Below are positions 13,071-23,151 of a DNA stretch of 50,224 nucleotides, in pieces. Within the stretch, counting starts at the first letter, position 1; the number at the start of each line of letters is the position of its first letter. The position numbers and the translations under genes are program-made. Source of the DNA: a virus; the IMG/VR virus record IMGVR_UViG_3300028549_002200. One strand, 5' to 3'. The notes under the pieces were generated by a model. It saw only the letters and a list, made by a program, of their open reading frames with translations, was not told the origin of the DNA and did not search any database.

Positions 13071-15173
13071 ATGGACAGGAAAACCGATTCAGATAACGAT
13101 GTTGATGTTAGTAGAATACGCGAAAAATTTATGAGCGAAGGGCGTATTGCAATAGTTAATGAAGAAAATGCTATTGATGTTCTGCTTGAAGACCTTGCGA
13201 TGGGCGAAAAGGCATGGGACAGCGTAAAAGGCAAGGTAATGGCATGGCGCGATCTTTATGAGCCTGAGTTGTCGCCGGAGGATCCGCCGGCCGATGGAGA
13301 CGACGCTGATGAAGAAGAAGAATTATCGAAGCTTCATATCCATGATGTTGCGCGGACGACGCGATGGATTGTAGCGAATGTAAAAGAAGTTTTTATGAAA
13401 AACGATCTTATCAAGCTGATGCCGCATTTGCAGCGCGAACAGGTTGTTGTTGGATATGATCAAAAGATAGTGAACAAAATTTTTGACAGAATGATTAACA
13501 AAGAGAAATTTTTTTCCGATCTTGTCGTTGCGTGGGCAAAAGATGGAACGGCTTGCGTAAGAGTCGGTTGGAATACCGAAATTGAATATGTTGATAAAGA
13601 AGAATTTGAATCCATGACCGAAGAAGATTTTATCATGAAATCGCAAGAAAAAGAATTGCTTGACGGCGGCGAAATTGTCGCTATCGGAATGAGAGGGTAT
13701 TGTAAGTTCGGCGTTAAAGTAATCCATGAGGATTGCTTTGATATGAAGCTTATAAATCTTGACGATGTCAGAATGGATCCTCGCTTATATGTCAGGGACA
13801 AAGAGCGTTGCTACTTCATAGAATACCAGAGTACCATCGCTGATCTTATTAAAAATGATAAAGCTCGTGATGCGCAGGGCAAGTTCTCAAATGTAGCGGA
13901 TATTTTCGCAAATGAATTACCTGTATTTTTAAGCGGTGCCGAAGGAGAAGATAAAACTGCTACTGATTTGTCTTTGGAAGAATACGGAATGGATGCAAAC
14001 GCGTTCCCGACAGACTTTTATCGTCATCCGGTGACTCTTGTCGAGGGATGGGACTGGATTGTTGACTCAGAAGATGGCGTTTCAAAGCCATATCACTTCA
14101 TTTTTTCGAAAGAACACAAAAAGGTTTTGCTTATGGAGCGTAATGATTTGCCGGACAATTTGCCGCCGATAATTATTTTGCCATTTTGCTCTGAGCCTTT
14201 TGTTAATTATGGCAAGTCGATGGGGGCATTGATAGGCGATTATCAGTTAAATAGACGGAGTATATTGAGATTGCTTATGAACAGCGCAATGCTCCAAACC
14301 GACAATGTTAAGATTGTCGAAGCTGATCTTTTGGATAGAACAAATTTCAGTGTTTTATCGAAAAATGCGCCGGGTTCTGTGTGTGTCACAAAAAATCCGT
14401 TGCCAAAGGCGATCGGTGATTCTGTATTCCAGTTGCAGTCGAACCCACTCGATCCTATGTATTATAATTTATGGGGTTTGCTTGGCGACTTGGAGCAAGA
14501 TGAATCGGGTGTGACAAAATATACTCAGGGCAATGACGCATCCGGGATGACCGATACAGCATCCGGCATATCAATGATAATGAACAAGGCGCAAAAACGT
14601 TTGGCTGAATTGATATACAGACTGCAATATAGTCTTTTGCATGTTGTTGTCAAAAAAGCTGTATTGTATGCGGCCGCTTATATGCAGCGTGAGACTTTTA
14701 TGTCTATTTGCGGCGAGGATGCCGATTTTGGGTTATTCCAAAGGCAAACAAAGGCAAATTTTGATATTAATATGTCAATAAATTTCGCCGGACAGGATGA
14801 TTTTAAGATCAACCAATATATTCAACTTCTTGGTGTTATTAAGCCTTTTCAGGACGGCGGGCAGGTTGGTGGATATTTTACAAATATTATCTTGGCTGAT
14901 ATTTTTGAACTTCGTGGAAAAGAAGATTTTGCTGATGAATTCAGGAAACTTGCATTAGCGTCTGTTCAGGAAGAGCGTGCGCAAAAGCAGATGCAAGCAA
15001 TGATGATGCAAAAAGAGCTTGAAGGCAAAGAACGTGAATTTAATCTGAAAGAGCGCGAGGTTGCTACTAAAGAAGAAAAGGTTAAAGGGGAGTTGGCGAA
15101 AATTGCTTCTGAAATGGCGGGGCCGGTAACGTCAACGCCTGAAATCGGAAGTGCGAAAGGAGCTACGCAATGA
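13071..15173 (+). CDS. Portal protein, 700 aa
   Basis: Size, position directly after TerL, GGGAGG ribosome-binding site, and a coiled-coil charged C-terminus. Confidence 0.7.
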   Translation: MDRKTDSDNDVDVSRIREKFMSEGRIAIVNEENAIDVLLEDLAMGEKAWDSVKGKVMAWRDLYEPELSPEDPPADGDDADEEEELSKLHIHDVARTTRWIVANVKEVFMKNDLIKLMPHLQREQVVVGYDQKIVNKIFDRMINKEKFFSDLVVAWAKDGTACVRVGWNTEIEYVDKEEFESMTEEDFIMKSQEKELLDGGEIVAIGMRGYCKFGVKVIHEDCFDMKLINLDDVRMDPRLYVRDKERCYFIEYQSTIADLIKNDKARDAQGKFSNVADIFANELPVFLSGAEGEDKTATDLSLEEYGMDANAFPTDFYRHPVTLVEGWDWIVDSEDGVSKPYHFIFSKEHKKVLLMERNDLPDNLPPIIILPFCSEPFVNYGKSMGALIGDYQLNRRSILRLLMNSAMLQTDNVKIVEADLLDRTNFSVLSKNAPGSVCVTKNPLPKAIGDSVFQLQSNPLDPMYYNLWGLLGDLEQDESGVTKYTQGNDASGMTDTASGISMIMNKAQKRLAELIYRLQYSLLHVVVKKAVLYAAAYMQRETFMSICGEDADFGLFQRQTKANFDINMSINFAGQDDFKINQYIQLLGVIKPFQDGGQVGGYFTNIILADIFELRGKEDFADEFRKLALASVQEERAQKQMQAMMMQKELEGKEREFNLKEREVATKEEKVKGELAKIASEMAGPVTSTPEIGSAKGATQ

Positions 15174-15517
15174 ATAAGCGTCAAATTGTAAATGAGACTT
15201 TATGCCCGAACACCTTGATGCCGGAGACTCCGGCACATAAAAAATACGAAGAGGTTCGGGCTGTTTCTTCGTTGTTGCAAAACAATCCCGTATTTAAAAA
15301 TGTTTTCGTTGACCATTTTACAGAGGAGCTTTTGTCCGCGCTAAATTATTTGTATATCTCTAAAATGGGCAATGATGCTAATGGGATCGAGATTGCTGTT
15401 AATCGTATTTTTGCTGTGTTGAGGTATGAGGCAATATCATTTAATTCTGTTTTTGATGAAGAAGGGGAAAAATCGGTTATTAAAAACAGGCTTATGATAG
15501 AAAAAAAAGGCTTATAA
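15170..15517 (+). CDS. Hypothetical 115-aa head-module protein
   Basis: ATGA overlap with the portal stop. Confidence 0.55.
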   Translation: MNKRQIVNETLCPNTLMPETPAHKKYEEVRAVSSLLQNNPVFKNVFVDHFTEELLSALNYLYISKMGNDANGIEIAVNRIFAVLRYEAISFNSVFDEEGEKSVIKNRLMIEKKGL

Positions 15518-15529
15518 GGAGGTCATTTT

Positions 15530-16954
15530 ATGGCAGAACGTAAAGAGTCAGTTGCAAATCGTATACCGGGAGCAGGGTCGAAAATTGGTCGGTCTATTTC
15601 AGAGGCCGAATATAATACCATTATGGCGGAAAAAGAAAAAGAAGAAGCTGTCCCTGTTGAAGAGGTTACACCTGATATCGTGGAAGACGAAGTGGAACAG
15701 GAAGAGCCTGAGCGTCCGCCAAAACGGTACAAAGCACCTGTCCAAGAAGAAAATGAAGATGACGATGTGCCGGCGGATGAAGATGAAGACGAGTTGTCTG
15801 ATGAAGAATTCGAGAAAATGAAGGCAAGTTTGAGCGAAGTGGAGGAGTCGAATGATAATGAAGACGAGGTGTTTAAAGACTTTGATGAGAATGAAGATGA
15901 GCCTGTTGAAAAAAAGCCTGATGAAAAACAAAATGATGACGTTAAAAATAATGAAACAGATAAAAAGGAATTATCAACTTTCAACTTGTCACCAGAGCAG
16001 GAACAAGCTTTCTTAAAACAAATGCCTTTACTTCGGAACGGGAGAACAATTTTTGCTAAGAGTTTAAAAGAATTGCAAGACTTATCTCAGTGCGGCATTG
16101 ATTTTACTGTCAAAACGATGATGTTGTCAGATGACGTTAAGCTTGCAAGAGCTGTTAAGGCTGAAAACATTAGCCATGCCGATCTTGATCTATTGAGTGC
16201 TATAAAGAAAAAAGATACCAATGCAGTTGCGTCTATTCTGACTCAGTATGGCGTTCCTCTCACAGAACTGGTTCAAACGGATGCATTCTTATCTGACACG
16301 GAAACACCGGAACAACGCCGCTATGCAGAAGAAATTTCTGCTAAAATGCAAAACGTGCTTGGCGCACAGAAGCAGCCTGAGTTTGATAGGCGTGTCGTTG
16401 CTGACTATAGCCTCATGCGTGCAGAAGACACTCAGTTCGCGGATAGAATGCGTGACGCTGAATTAAGTTTCCCGAAAGAACTTCGCGATGAAATGGTTCG
16501 TAATTATGATTTTTATAAAGAAGTTAAAAGGCATGTTAGCACCGGAGCATTTGATGTTGCGATCAGTGGTGTTCAAAATCGTCTCATGAAAATGGATAAA
16601 AACACTCGAGATATGATTTTAGAAGACCCTGTTCAATTTTTACATCTTTACGATTCGCAAATTAGTGCTATACTTGAACAGGAAGGGAATGGCTTTGCGG
16701 CCAATTCCGGTCAATCGGACTCTCGCGGAACATCACAGTCAACCGCAAGCCGGAAACCGGAATCGACAGAAATGCAGCAAAATGCTACCCCCGTAAAAAC
16801 AGAAATTAGGAAAACTCCTCCGTCTACTGCTCCCACAGGAGTGAAAGAACAGATGAGAAGGAGAGCATATGAGGACGAGGTTGCTCGTATCAATAATGAT
16901 GACGAGTATTTTAAAGAGTTGTTCAAAAGAGCAACGGGAAGAGATTTTAGCTGA
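15530..16954 (+). CDS. Putative scaffolding protein, 474 aa
   Basis: Lies between the portal and capsid genes. Has a long Glu/Asp-rich low-complexity N-terminal region and a helical remainder. Confidence 0.55.
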   Translation: MAERKESVANRIPGAGSKIGRSISEAEYNTIMAEKEKEEAVPVEEVTPDIVEDEVEQEEPERPPKRYKAPVQEENEDDDVPADEDEDELSDEEFEKMKASLSEVEESNDNEDEVFKDFDENEDEPVEKKPDEKQNDDVKNNETDKKELSTFNLSPEQEQAFLKQMPLLRNGRTIFAKSLKELQDLSQCGIDFTVKTMMLSDDVKLARAVKAENISHADLDLLSAIKKKDTNAVASILTQYGVPLTELVQTDAFLSDTETPEQRRYAEEISAKMQNVLGAQKQPEFDRRVVADYSLMRAEDTQFADRMRDAELSFPKELRDEMVRNYDFYKEVKRHVSTGAFDVAISGVQNRLMKMDKNTRDMILEDPVQFLHLYDSQISAILEQEGNGFAANSGQSDSRGTSQSTASRKPESTEMQQNATPVKTEIRKTPPSTAPTGVKEQMRRRAYEDEVARINNDDEYFKELFKRATGRDFS

Positions 16955-16967
16955 AAGGAGTTAAAAT

Positions 16968-18113
16968 ATGGCAACAAGTGGCTTTGTTGGTTATCAAACC
17001 ACGTTTACCGGTTCAAGCGCACCTGCGCAATTTGAGCCGGGTATGCAGAGCACGCTGACTGTAAATGGTGTTCAGCGTAAAATTAATGCGTTTTATAATA
17101 AGGTGTTTTTGGAACGTTTTTCCAAAGACGCTCTTTTGGATCTGTTTGCTGATTTTCATAAACACAAACAGAACGAGACAGAGGCTATCATTTCTCGCGG
17201 ATATAATCGTATCTATGATTCGATGACAGCCGGTAATAGCCCTATTCAGAACACTTTGCCGGAAGAAGAGACCGTATTGAATAAACAACGTTTTACAATC
17301 ACCGAGACTGCCGATTATATCGAAGAGCTTGGTGCATGGATTCCTATTGCAAAACGTGTTAATTTACTTGCGATTGATTCCGTTCTGACAGAAGTTACTG
17401 AACTTATGGGTGAGTTTGCTACCGAGATTATGGAAAAGTATTGGTTTGCTCGGTTGCGTGAACGTATTTCTTCTGAGATATTCTTGGCAGGAAATGCACC
17501 GACGGCTCTCTATACTACTCCGACATGGATCGAAGGAACTGATACTGATTTAACAACTGCATCTGTTGATCCTGCCGTAGTTGCAGACGTATCGCGCTTG
17601 CCGAATGCGTATGATTTCCGCCGTATTAAAATCGACTTCCGCAATAACAGTATTCGTAAGTTTACTCGTATGTTGAAGTCTGAGAACAAATACGCTACGT
17701 TCCCTATCAAGGCGGCTCATATGGTCATCACTACTCCTGATATGTGTGATGCGCTTGAACATACGCTTGGCAGCACGCAGCATCCTGTTTTTTCTACTGA
17801 GCAATATCCTAACCAGACGCTTGTTCATGAAAATGAAGAGTTTGCATGGAATGGATTTCGCTTTGTGTCTCACAACTTCCTGACTACAGAAACAGGAAAT
17901 AGCTGCACTGCGCATCCGCTTTTGATTCCGTCTCCGCACTCTTATAAGCTTTTGTCATTGCGCGGCACTAAAGCAAAAACGATAGAATACGTTCCGCCTA
18001 CAAAACAGCTTAATGATGTCTACGGACATATGGGCTTTTTGGTTTGGAACGCATGGTCTGGCGTTTCTGTTCCGCAGCAAGAGCGCATCAAGCTCATGTG
18101 GGGTGGCCTGTAA
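16968..18113 (+). CDS. Major capsid protein, 381 aa
   Basis: Position after the scaffold gene, typical size, AAAGGAG ribosome-binding site, and an intrinsic terminator directly downstream. Confidence 0.7.
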   Translation: MATSGFVGYQTTFTGSSAPAQFEPGMQSTLTVNGVQRKINAFYNKVFLERFSKDALLDLFADFHKHKQNETEAIISRGYNRIYDSMTAGNSPIQNTLPEEETVLNKQRFTITETADYIEELGAWIPIAKRVNLLAIDSVLTEVTELMGEFATEIMEKYWFARLRERISSEIFLAGNAPTALYTTPTWIEGTDTDLTTASVDPAVVADVSRLPNAYDFRRIKIDFRNNSIRKFTRMLKSENKYATFPIKAAHMVITTPDMCDALEHTLGSTQHPVFSTEQYPNQTLVHENEEFAWNGFRFVSHNFLTTETGNSCTAHPLLIPSPHSYKLLSLRGTKAKTIEYVPPTKQLNDVYGHMGFLVWNAWSGVSVPQQERIKLMWGGL

Positions 18114-18122
18114 TATAACAAG

Positions 18123-18149
18123 AGAGGGGGGAACCCCTCTCGTATTTTT
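18123..18149 (+). terminator. Rho-independent terminator after the capsid gene
   Basis: Stem AGAGGGG-ggaa-CCCCTCT, followed by cgTATTTTT. Confidence 0.6.
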
Positions 18150-18161
18150 GAAAGGGGAATT

Positions 18162-18572
18162 ATGGCTATTAAAAAACTCAATGACATTACTGATGACTTT
18201 GAAGCTATTGCTTCTGAGGAAAAAGCACAAGCTGAAACATATAATAAAAAAACTCGTTCTCGCAGTTCTGCCCCGGCACCTGACATCGATGAAGACATGG
18301 AAGATCGCGTTGAGATGACTAAGCGCGCAAAAAAGAATTTGCAGCCAGTCAAGCGCACGAATGGAATGAAGAACGTTGTTGTCGAGTCACATCTTGGGAC
18401 ATTCCGTGGAACGTTTTACATTGACACCGGCTATTTTAAGACACGTATTACTGAAAAAGCTCCGCAAGAACTCCCATTGTCTGTTATTGCTTATTTGAAA
18501 AACAAAACGCATGTTGTGCAAGAAAATGGCCAAGCTGTTCGTAGACGCACTTTTTCCGTAACGGAAGTATAA
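18162..18572 (+). CDS. Hypothetical virion-module protein, 136 aa
   Basis: ORF with a GAAAGGGG ribosome-binding site, downstream of the capsid gene. Confidence 0.55.
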   Translation: MAIKKLNDITDDFEAIASEEKAQAETYNKKTRSRSSAPAPDIDEDMEDRVEMTKRAKKNLQPVKRTNGMKNVVVESHLGTFRGTFYIDTGYFKTRITEKAPQELPLSVIAYLKNKTHVVQENGQAVRRRTFSVTEV

Positions 18573-18581
18573 GGTGCTTTT

Positions 18582-19301
18582 ATGACGCTCGCAGAAGTCC
18601 GTGATAAAATACACCTTTTGCTTGATGAAGAACTTGGGTCGGAAGATTATTTCCGGGATGCGTTGTTGAACTCGTTTATCAATGAGGGCATTAATGAGTT
18701 TAACCGGCTCACAAAATTGTCTATACTTCTTTATCCGCGTCAATGCTCTACTGAGGTGAATTATCTTTATACCGAGGCAGATTTGCGTGGTATCAATAAA
18801 ATCATCGGTGTTTATTCTACCAATGGGAAACTCATGGAAATGATTAGCCCCGAACACGCACCTGATATAATTGGGTCTGATTGGAGGACAAGGACAACCA
18901 ATGGCGCGCCTACCCATGTTATCACGGAATTCTGCGATATCACAACTCCGGGTGAGCAAGAGGCTGATCCTGATGTTATTACTCGTTATTTCGGATATGT
19001 TTATCCTAAAGTTCAAGGAACTGAAACAATCGACGGTGTCGAAACAACCGTTGATGTGACGCTTGATATGAATTGCTCAGAAATCCCATTCGTTGAGCTT
19101 GGTGATGATGATGATGTTGTTCCTGTCAACAACGAGATTCTTTCAGCGATCGCTTATTATGCTGCTGCATGGTCATTGTATAAAACCGATCTGCAAGAGG
19201 ATATTGCCAAAGCCGACCGGTATCTTGGCGTATATATCAATAAATTACGAGATTATGGTGTTGAATCATATACCAATAAGCCCGTAATTAGCGAGAGGTG
19301 A
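18582..19301 (+). CDS. Putative head-tail connector/adaptor protein, 239 aa
   Basis: Call rests on position only. Confidence 0.4.
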   Translation: MTLAEVRDKIHLLLDEELGSEDYFRDALLNSFINEGINEFNRLTKLSILLYPRQCSTEVNYLYTEADLRGINKIIGVYSTNGKLMEMISPEHAPDIIGSDWRTRTTNGAPTHVITEFCDITTPGEQEADPDVITRYFGYVYPKVQGTETIDGVETTVDVTLDMNCSEIPFVELGDDDDVVPVNNEILSAIAYYAAAWSLYKTDLQEDIAKADRYLGVYINKLRDYGVESYTNKPVISER

Positions 19302-19303
19302 TT

Positions 19304-20191
19304 ATGACGAAAAAAGAGATAATCGAGCGTGGAATGCGGCTGCTTAGGCGGCATATACAGGTTGTCAATAAAGCAAGAATTAATGATTATTGGAAACGCG
19401 AGGATTTTGAGGATGGTTTTGAGGAAGGGTTGCAGGAATATGTAAGAGACTCCGGCTTTATTTTTAAGACACAGACCATCACTTCTACTGTTTATAACGG
19501 ATTTTATTTTTATCTTCCGAATGATATTTCAAGAGATTTGCAGATTTTTTGTAATAATCGTCTGCTTGCCATTAAAACGCCGGCACAAGTAGTTCGTGAG
19601 TATGGCAGTGGGTGGCGTGCGGTTGTTGGGACTCCGATAATTGCTGTCATTGATTATCCGTATGAAAATGAAGCAATGGGCATGACTGATTTTTACGGGT
19701 CGAATGAGGGAAATCGAATCCCGATCAGGCTATTCCCGCGTCCACCGACTTATTCAGAGCAGGGGCACGCTGTTATTTCTGACGATGAACGCGCTGATTT
19801 TATCACAAATTATCTTAAATATGAGCTTGGTATCATTGATAATGGCGGAACATACGGAGATCCGGCATTAACATTTACACAAATAATTGCTGCGCTTGCT
19901 GCAACTCCTGCGTTTTTTACTGCATCCAATGTTGAGATAAGGGCTGAATACGTCCCTATTAACGTCGTGGTTGCAGAAGATGCAAGCCCTGCGTTGCCCG
20001 AACCTGCGCACATGGGAATTGCATACTATTGCGCTTATTATGTTGCCGCAATGTCTCCTGATGAACATGAAAGAGCTTTGGCAGCAGAGTTCTATTCGCG
20101 CTATAAGCGGACATTAGTTACCTACAATTCTGATAACATGCTTGGTGTTAAGAGAAAAATTCGTAGAAATGCAGCTTTTAGGGGTGTATGA
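19304..20191 (+). CDS. Putative virion structural protein, 295 aa
   Basis: ATG at 19304 after GAGAGGTG; the ORF-track start at 19298 is a GTG. Confidence 0.5.
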   Translation: MTKKEIIERGMRLLRRHIQVVNKARINDYWKREDFEDGFEEGLQEYVRDSGFIFKTQTITSTVYNGFYFYLPNDISRDLQIFCNNRLLAIKTPAQVVREYGSGWRAVVGTPIIAVIDYPYENEAMGMTDFYGSNEGNRIPIRLFPRPPTYSEQGHAVISDDERADFITNYLKYELGIIDNGGTYGDPALTFTQIIAALAATPAFFTASNVEIRAEYVPINVVVAEDASPALPEPAHMGIAYYCAYYVAAMSPDEHERALAAEFYSRYKRTLVTYNSDNMLGVKRKIRRNAAFRGV

Positions 20192-20706
20192 TGAGAATGA
20201 TTGTCAAAGATGGTGCAGGGCAAAAAGATGTCGATTTCGAAAGTAACGTAAAGCGTATTATTGCCGAGTATACACAAGTATCTAAAATGGTCACGTCCGG
20301 CGAAATCCCCGCAAGCTTGCAGGATTTGCTCAATGCCTTTGCCGATCATGCAAGCGATGACGCAATTCATGTGACCGGGCTTGAGTCTGCGCAATTATCA
20401 TCTGCATATCAACACTCGATCACACACCATTTCGATCTTGGTGTTGAATATTTTACACTTACGGCAACTGATATTTCAAATAAACATGTGCTTTTGTCAG
20501 GCCTTCCTGCGAGTAGGTCTGTTGCACATGATGATCAAGGCAATAATTTAATCATGCTGTTATGCGAGGCTGCTCCTTTTCTCATGAGATCGATTGATTA
20601 TTGTCAAAACGATATCAACCCACAAATGATTGAATGGGGTTCTTTAATGTTGGAAGACATATTGCAAGAAGGCGACAATATTGTCATTTTTTATGAAAAG
20701 GAGTAA
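20188..20706 (+). CDS. Putative virion structural protein, 172 aa
   Basis: ATGA overlap with the upstream gene. Confidence 0.5.
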   Translation: MMRMIVKDGAGQKDVDFESNVKRIIAEYTQVSKMVTSGEIPASLQDLLNAFADHASDDAIHVTGLESAQLSSAYQHSITHHFDLGVEYFTLTATDISNKHVLLSGLPASRSVAHDDQGNNLIMLLCEAAPFLMRSIDYCQNDINPQMIEWGSLMLEDILQEGDNIVIFYEKE

Positions 20707-20708
20707 TT

Positions 20709-21578
20709 ATGCCTAAGATTATACCAAAATGGATTTCACTTGATACATCCAATCCTTCTTTAGAAGATAATAGTGGGAAATTGCGTGTAAAAGTTGATGG
20801 CACCACTATAGAACGCGGAGCAAGCGGGTTGAATGTAAAAGATAACTTGTATGTTCCTCAGACATATCTTGACACAGACATCAATCTTGCAGCAAACTCC
20901 GACGTCAAGATTGCAACACAGAAGGCTGTCAAGACGTATATTGATGCTTTGCTCGCTGCAAACGATGCAATGGTGTTTAAGGGAACTGTCGGCTCTGGCG
21001 GGACGTATGAAATAGCGGCGTTCAATTCGTTGGCAACTTATCAAACCGGGCATGCCTATAAAATCGTCGAAGGCGGAACGGTGAAGGGTAAGGCGTGCGA
21101 GATAGGTGATATGGTAATTGCTACAGTTGATCGTGCCGGGTCTGGCAATCTTGATGGTGACTGGATTGTTGTGCAAGCAAATCTCGATGGAGCCGTAACT
21201 GGCCCCTCATCGGCAACATCAGCCGCAATAGCCATTTTTAGCGGAGTTTCAGGCAAAGTTATTGCAAATAGCGGCCATACGATGGATGTTGTTTGGCATA
21301 AAACATATATGCACAAAATAACTGCTGCCGAAGTGACCGCAGGAAAGTTTGCGTTGCCAACCGGGTTTATATCGGCGTCATATTTGTCTGCGCTTGTTGT
21401 AGGCGGAATTGAATTGACAAGTGCCCATCGCGTCGAATCAACAGGAGCAATGCCTGATTACAAGATTGTCTCTGAGCATTTTTGTTTTAAGACTGCAACA
21501 GCCGGCGAAACCGTTTCCGAAATACTTGGAGAGAACGATATTGTTGTTCTGCATGGCAATAATAGCGTGTCATTATAG
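20709..21578 (+). CDS. Tail fibre/fibre-like protein, 289 aa
   Basis: The N-terminus MPKIIPKWISLD is paralogous to that of the next gene. Contains SDVKIATQKAVKTYIDALL, a motif common in phage fibre and collar proteins. Confidence 0.5.
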   Translation: MPKIIPKWISLDTSNPSLEDNSGKLRVKVDGTTIERGASGLNVKDNLYVPQTYLDTDINLAANSDVKIATQKAVKTYIDALLAANDAMVFKGTVGSGGTYEIAAFNSLATYQTGHAYKIVEGGTVKGKACEIGDMVIATVDRAGSGNLDGDWIVVQANLDGAVTGPSSATSAAIAIFSGVSGKVIANSGHTMDVVWHKTYMHKITAAEVTAGKFALPTGFISASYLSALVVGGIELTSAHRVESTGAMPDYKIVSEHFCFKTATAGETVSEILGENDIVVLHGNNSVSL

Positions 21579-21587
21579 GGAGATCTT

Positions 21588-22565
21588 ATGCCTAAAATGA
21601 ATGGTAAGTGGATCGAAGATGGAACAATAGCGGCTGAAAAGCTTTCCGGCGTTATAGACCTTGGCGTGTCAGGCAATATCAATAATTTGACATTGACCGG
21701 CAATTATTATGTTGGCGCAAGCGGGACAACGTTACCATCAGCACATGCATATTATATACAGCATATAAATTATGATGCGAACAACGCTTTGCAAATAGCA
21801 TCATTTTATGCGCCCTCAACAGTAAGCACCATGTATAGACGCGTTAAGGTTGCCGGCGCATGGAAAACGTGGTATCGGTGGAGAAGCGACGCCGAAACCG
21901 GATATATAGGCAATCCTGATTTAACCGATATGGCCGCAAACACAATTAAAGGGCGTGTCACAGCAAGCACCGGAGACCCGGAAGATCTAACGGTTGCACA
22001 AGCGATTTCTGTGCTTTCAAGCACAAGGACTGGTTTTGTGCCTCGTCCAGTTTACAATTTTTCTACTGGCGTGTTGGTGGCAACCAATATTCCTGACAAT
22101 CAAAACACTATGGCTGTTATAGAAATCAAAGGGTCTGTCGGTGATTCCGGTGGTAGCGGAGCAAAAATAATTAATGTTGTTGGATTCGTATATGCTTATA
22201 CTTCTTCTATTACATGGAATACCGCCGTTTCAACAGGACAATATGCTCCGGTCATAGATGCTTTTTATTACAACGGATATCTTCACTTTTTCTTTGAACA
22301 ACCGAGTCTGTATTGTGGATTTTTAGTTACAGTAAAAAAAACGTTTGTAAATGGTGGCACTGCTTATGGAGAAAATTGCTTAACCGATATTACAAATGCT
22401 GCGAAGCCATCTTCCGGTGTAACATACAGTATTGTAACGACAGCAGGAAGTATTAGGGTCCAGTCTGCATCGTCCTTGCCAACCGCAAGCAATAGGCCGC
22501 ATGAACTTTTGGGTTATGATAATAAACTATATTGGTCAAACGGTACTTCTTGGGTGGAGAAATAA
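21588..22565 (+). CDS. Tail fibre/receptor-binding-like protein, 325 aa
   Basis: The N-terminus MPKMNGKWIEDGTIAAEKLSGV is typical of fibre N-termini. The remainder is beta-rich. Confidence 0.5.
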   Translation: MPKMNGKWIEDGTIAAEKLSGVIDLGVSGNINNLTLTGNYYVGASGTTLPSAHAYYIQHINYDANNALQIASFYAPSTVSTMYRRVKVAGAWKTWYRWRSDAETGYIGNPDLTDMAANTIKGRVTASTGDPEDLTVAQAISVLSSTRTGFVPRPVYNFSTGVLVATNIPDNQNTMAVIEIKGSVGDSGGSGAKIINVVGFVYAYTSSITWNTAVSTGQYAPVIDAFYYNGYLHFFFEQPSLYCGFLVTVKKTFVNGGTAYGENCLTDITNAAKPSSGVTYSIVTTAGSIRVQSASSLPTASNRPHELLGYDNKLYWSNGTSWVEK

Positions 22566-22567
22566 GT

Positions 22568-23140
22568 ATGGCAGTAGGAGACGCTTGCACTGTTGGTACG
22601 CGTACTAAAAAAGACGGATATTGGTATGAATGCACAGCTACCAATGTATGGTCAAGGGTGCAGCCAACCTGCGCAGAGTGTACAAAATTTACCGGTGGAA
22701 CTCTTAATAATGGAGGCTATACCTTTGCGAGTTCAAGCCCACCAAATGGAGCAAAAATAGCCGGGGATTATCCATCAAGCGGGACGCGCTATTGTTGGGT
22801 ATACAACTCTTCTCTTAGTGCTTGGGAAAAGAAAACCGATGCTGATTGTGGAACAGAAGCGAGTGGTGGTGCTTGGTATGGTTGCACGGTTACGAGTTGT
22901 GTAGCCGAGGGGGGTACATGTACAGTAGTCACGGAGTGCTGTGATGACGACGGTTCTGGTGCATACTTATGTGAGCCATTATATGGTAGTGCTACTAAAA
23001 AATGTATAACTTGCCCTGACTGTGTAGACTCTTGGCTTGGGAGGTTTTGTGCAACAGACGGAGCGTATAAATGTGGTAATGCTTTAAAATGTATAGACAA
23101 CGCTTGGGAAATTTGGGGCACTTGCCCACCACCATATTAA
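22568..23140 (+). CDS. Cysteine-rich protein, 190 aa, about 20 Cys, Gly/Trp/Tyr-rich
   Basis: Start set at MAVGDACTV, just after the upstream stop. Repeated C...DG.(W)Y.C....W.....C patterns at both ends. Confidence 0.6.
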   Translation: MAVGDACTVGTRTKKDGYWYECTATNVWSRVQPTCAECTKFTGGTLNNGGYTFASSSPPNGAKIAGDYPSSGTRYCWVYNSSLSAWEKKTDADCGTEASGGAWYGCTVTSCVAEGGTCTVVTECCDDDGSGAYLCEPLYGSATKKCITCPDCVDSWLGRFCATDGAYKCGNALKCIDNAWEIWGTCPPPY

Positions 23141-23151
23141 GAAGGAGAGCT

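Noticed and set aside
15523-15984. A 153-aa Ser-rich minus-strand ORF, plus the 15599..15931 ORF
   Set aside because: They are antisense shadows of the GAA/GAT-rich acidic region of the scaffold gene, have low-complexity translations, and have no start context.
17484-17497. The 14-mer TTGGCAGGAAATGC inside the capsid gene is identical to 10814..10827
   Set aside because: Several identical 14-mers are expected by chance in an all-against-all comparison of a 50-kb AT-rich genome, and the second copy is in coding sequence. I do not count it as a regulatory site without further evidence.
18387-19016. A 209-aa minus-strand ORF
   Set aside because: It is antisense across two well-supported plus-strand structural genes and their junction, and has no ribosome-binding site.
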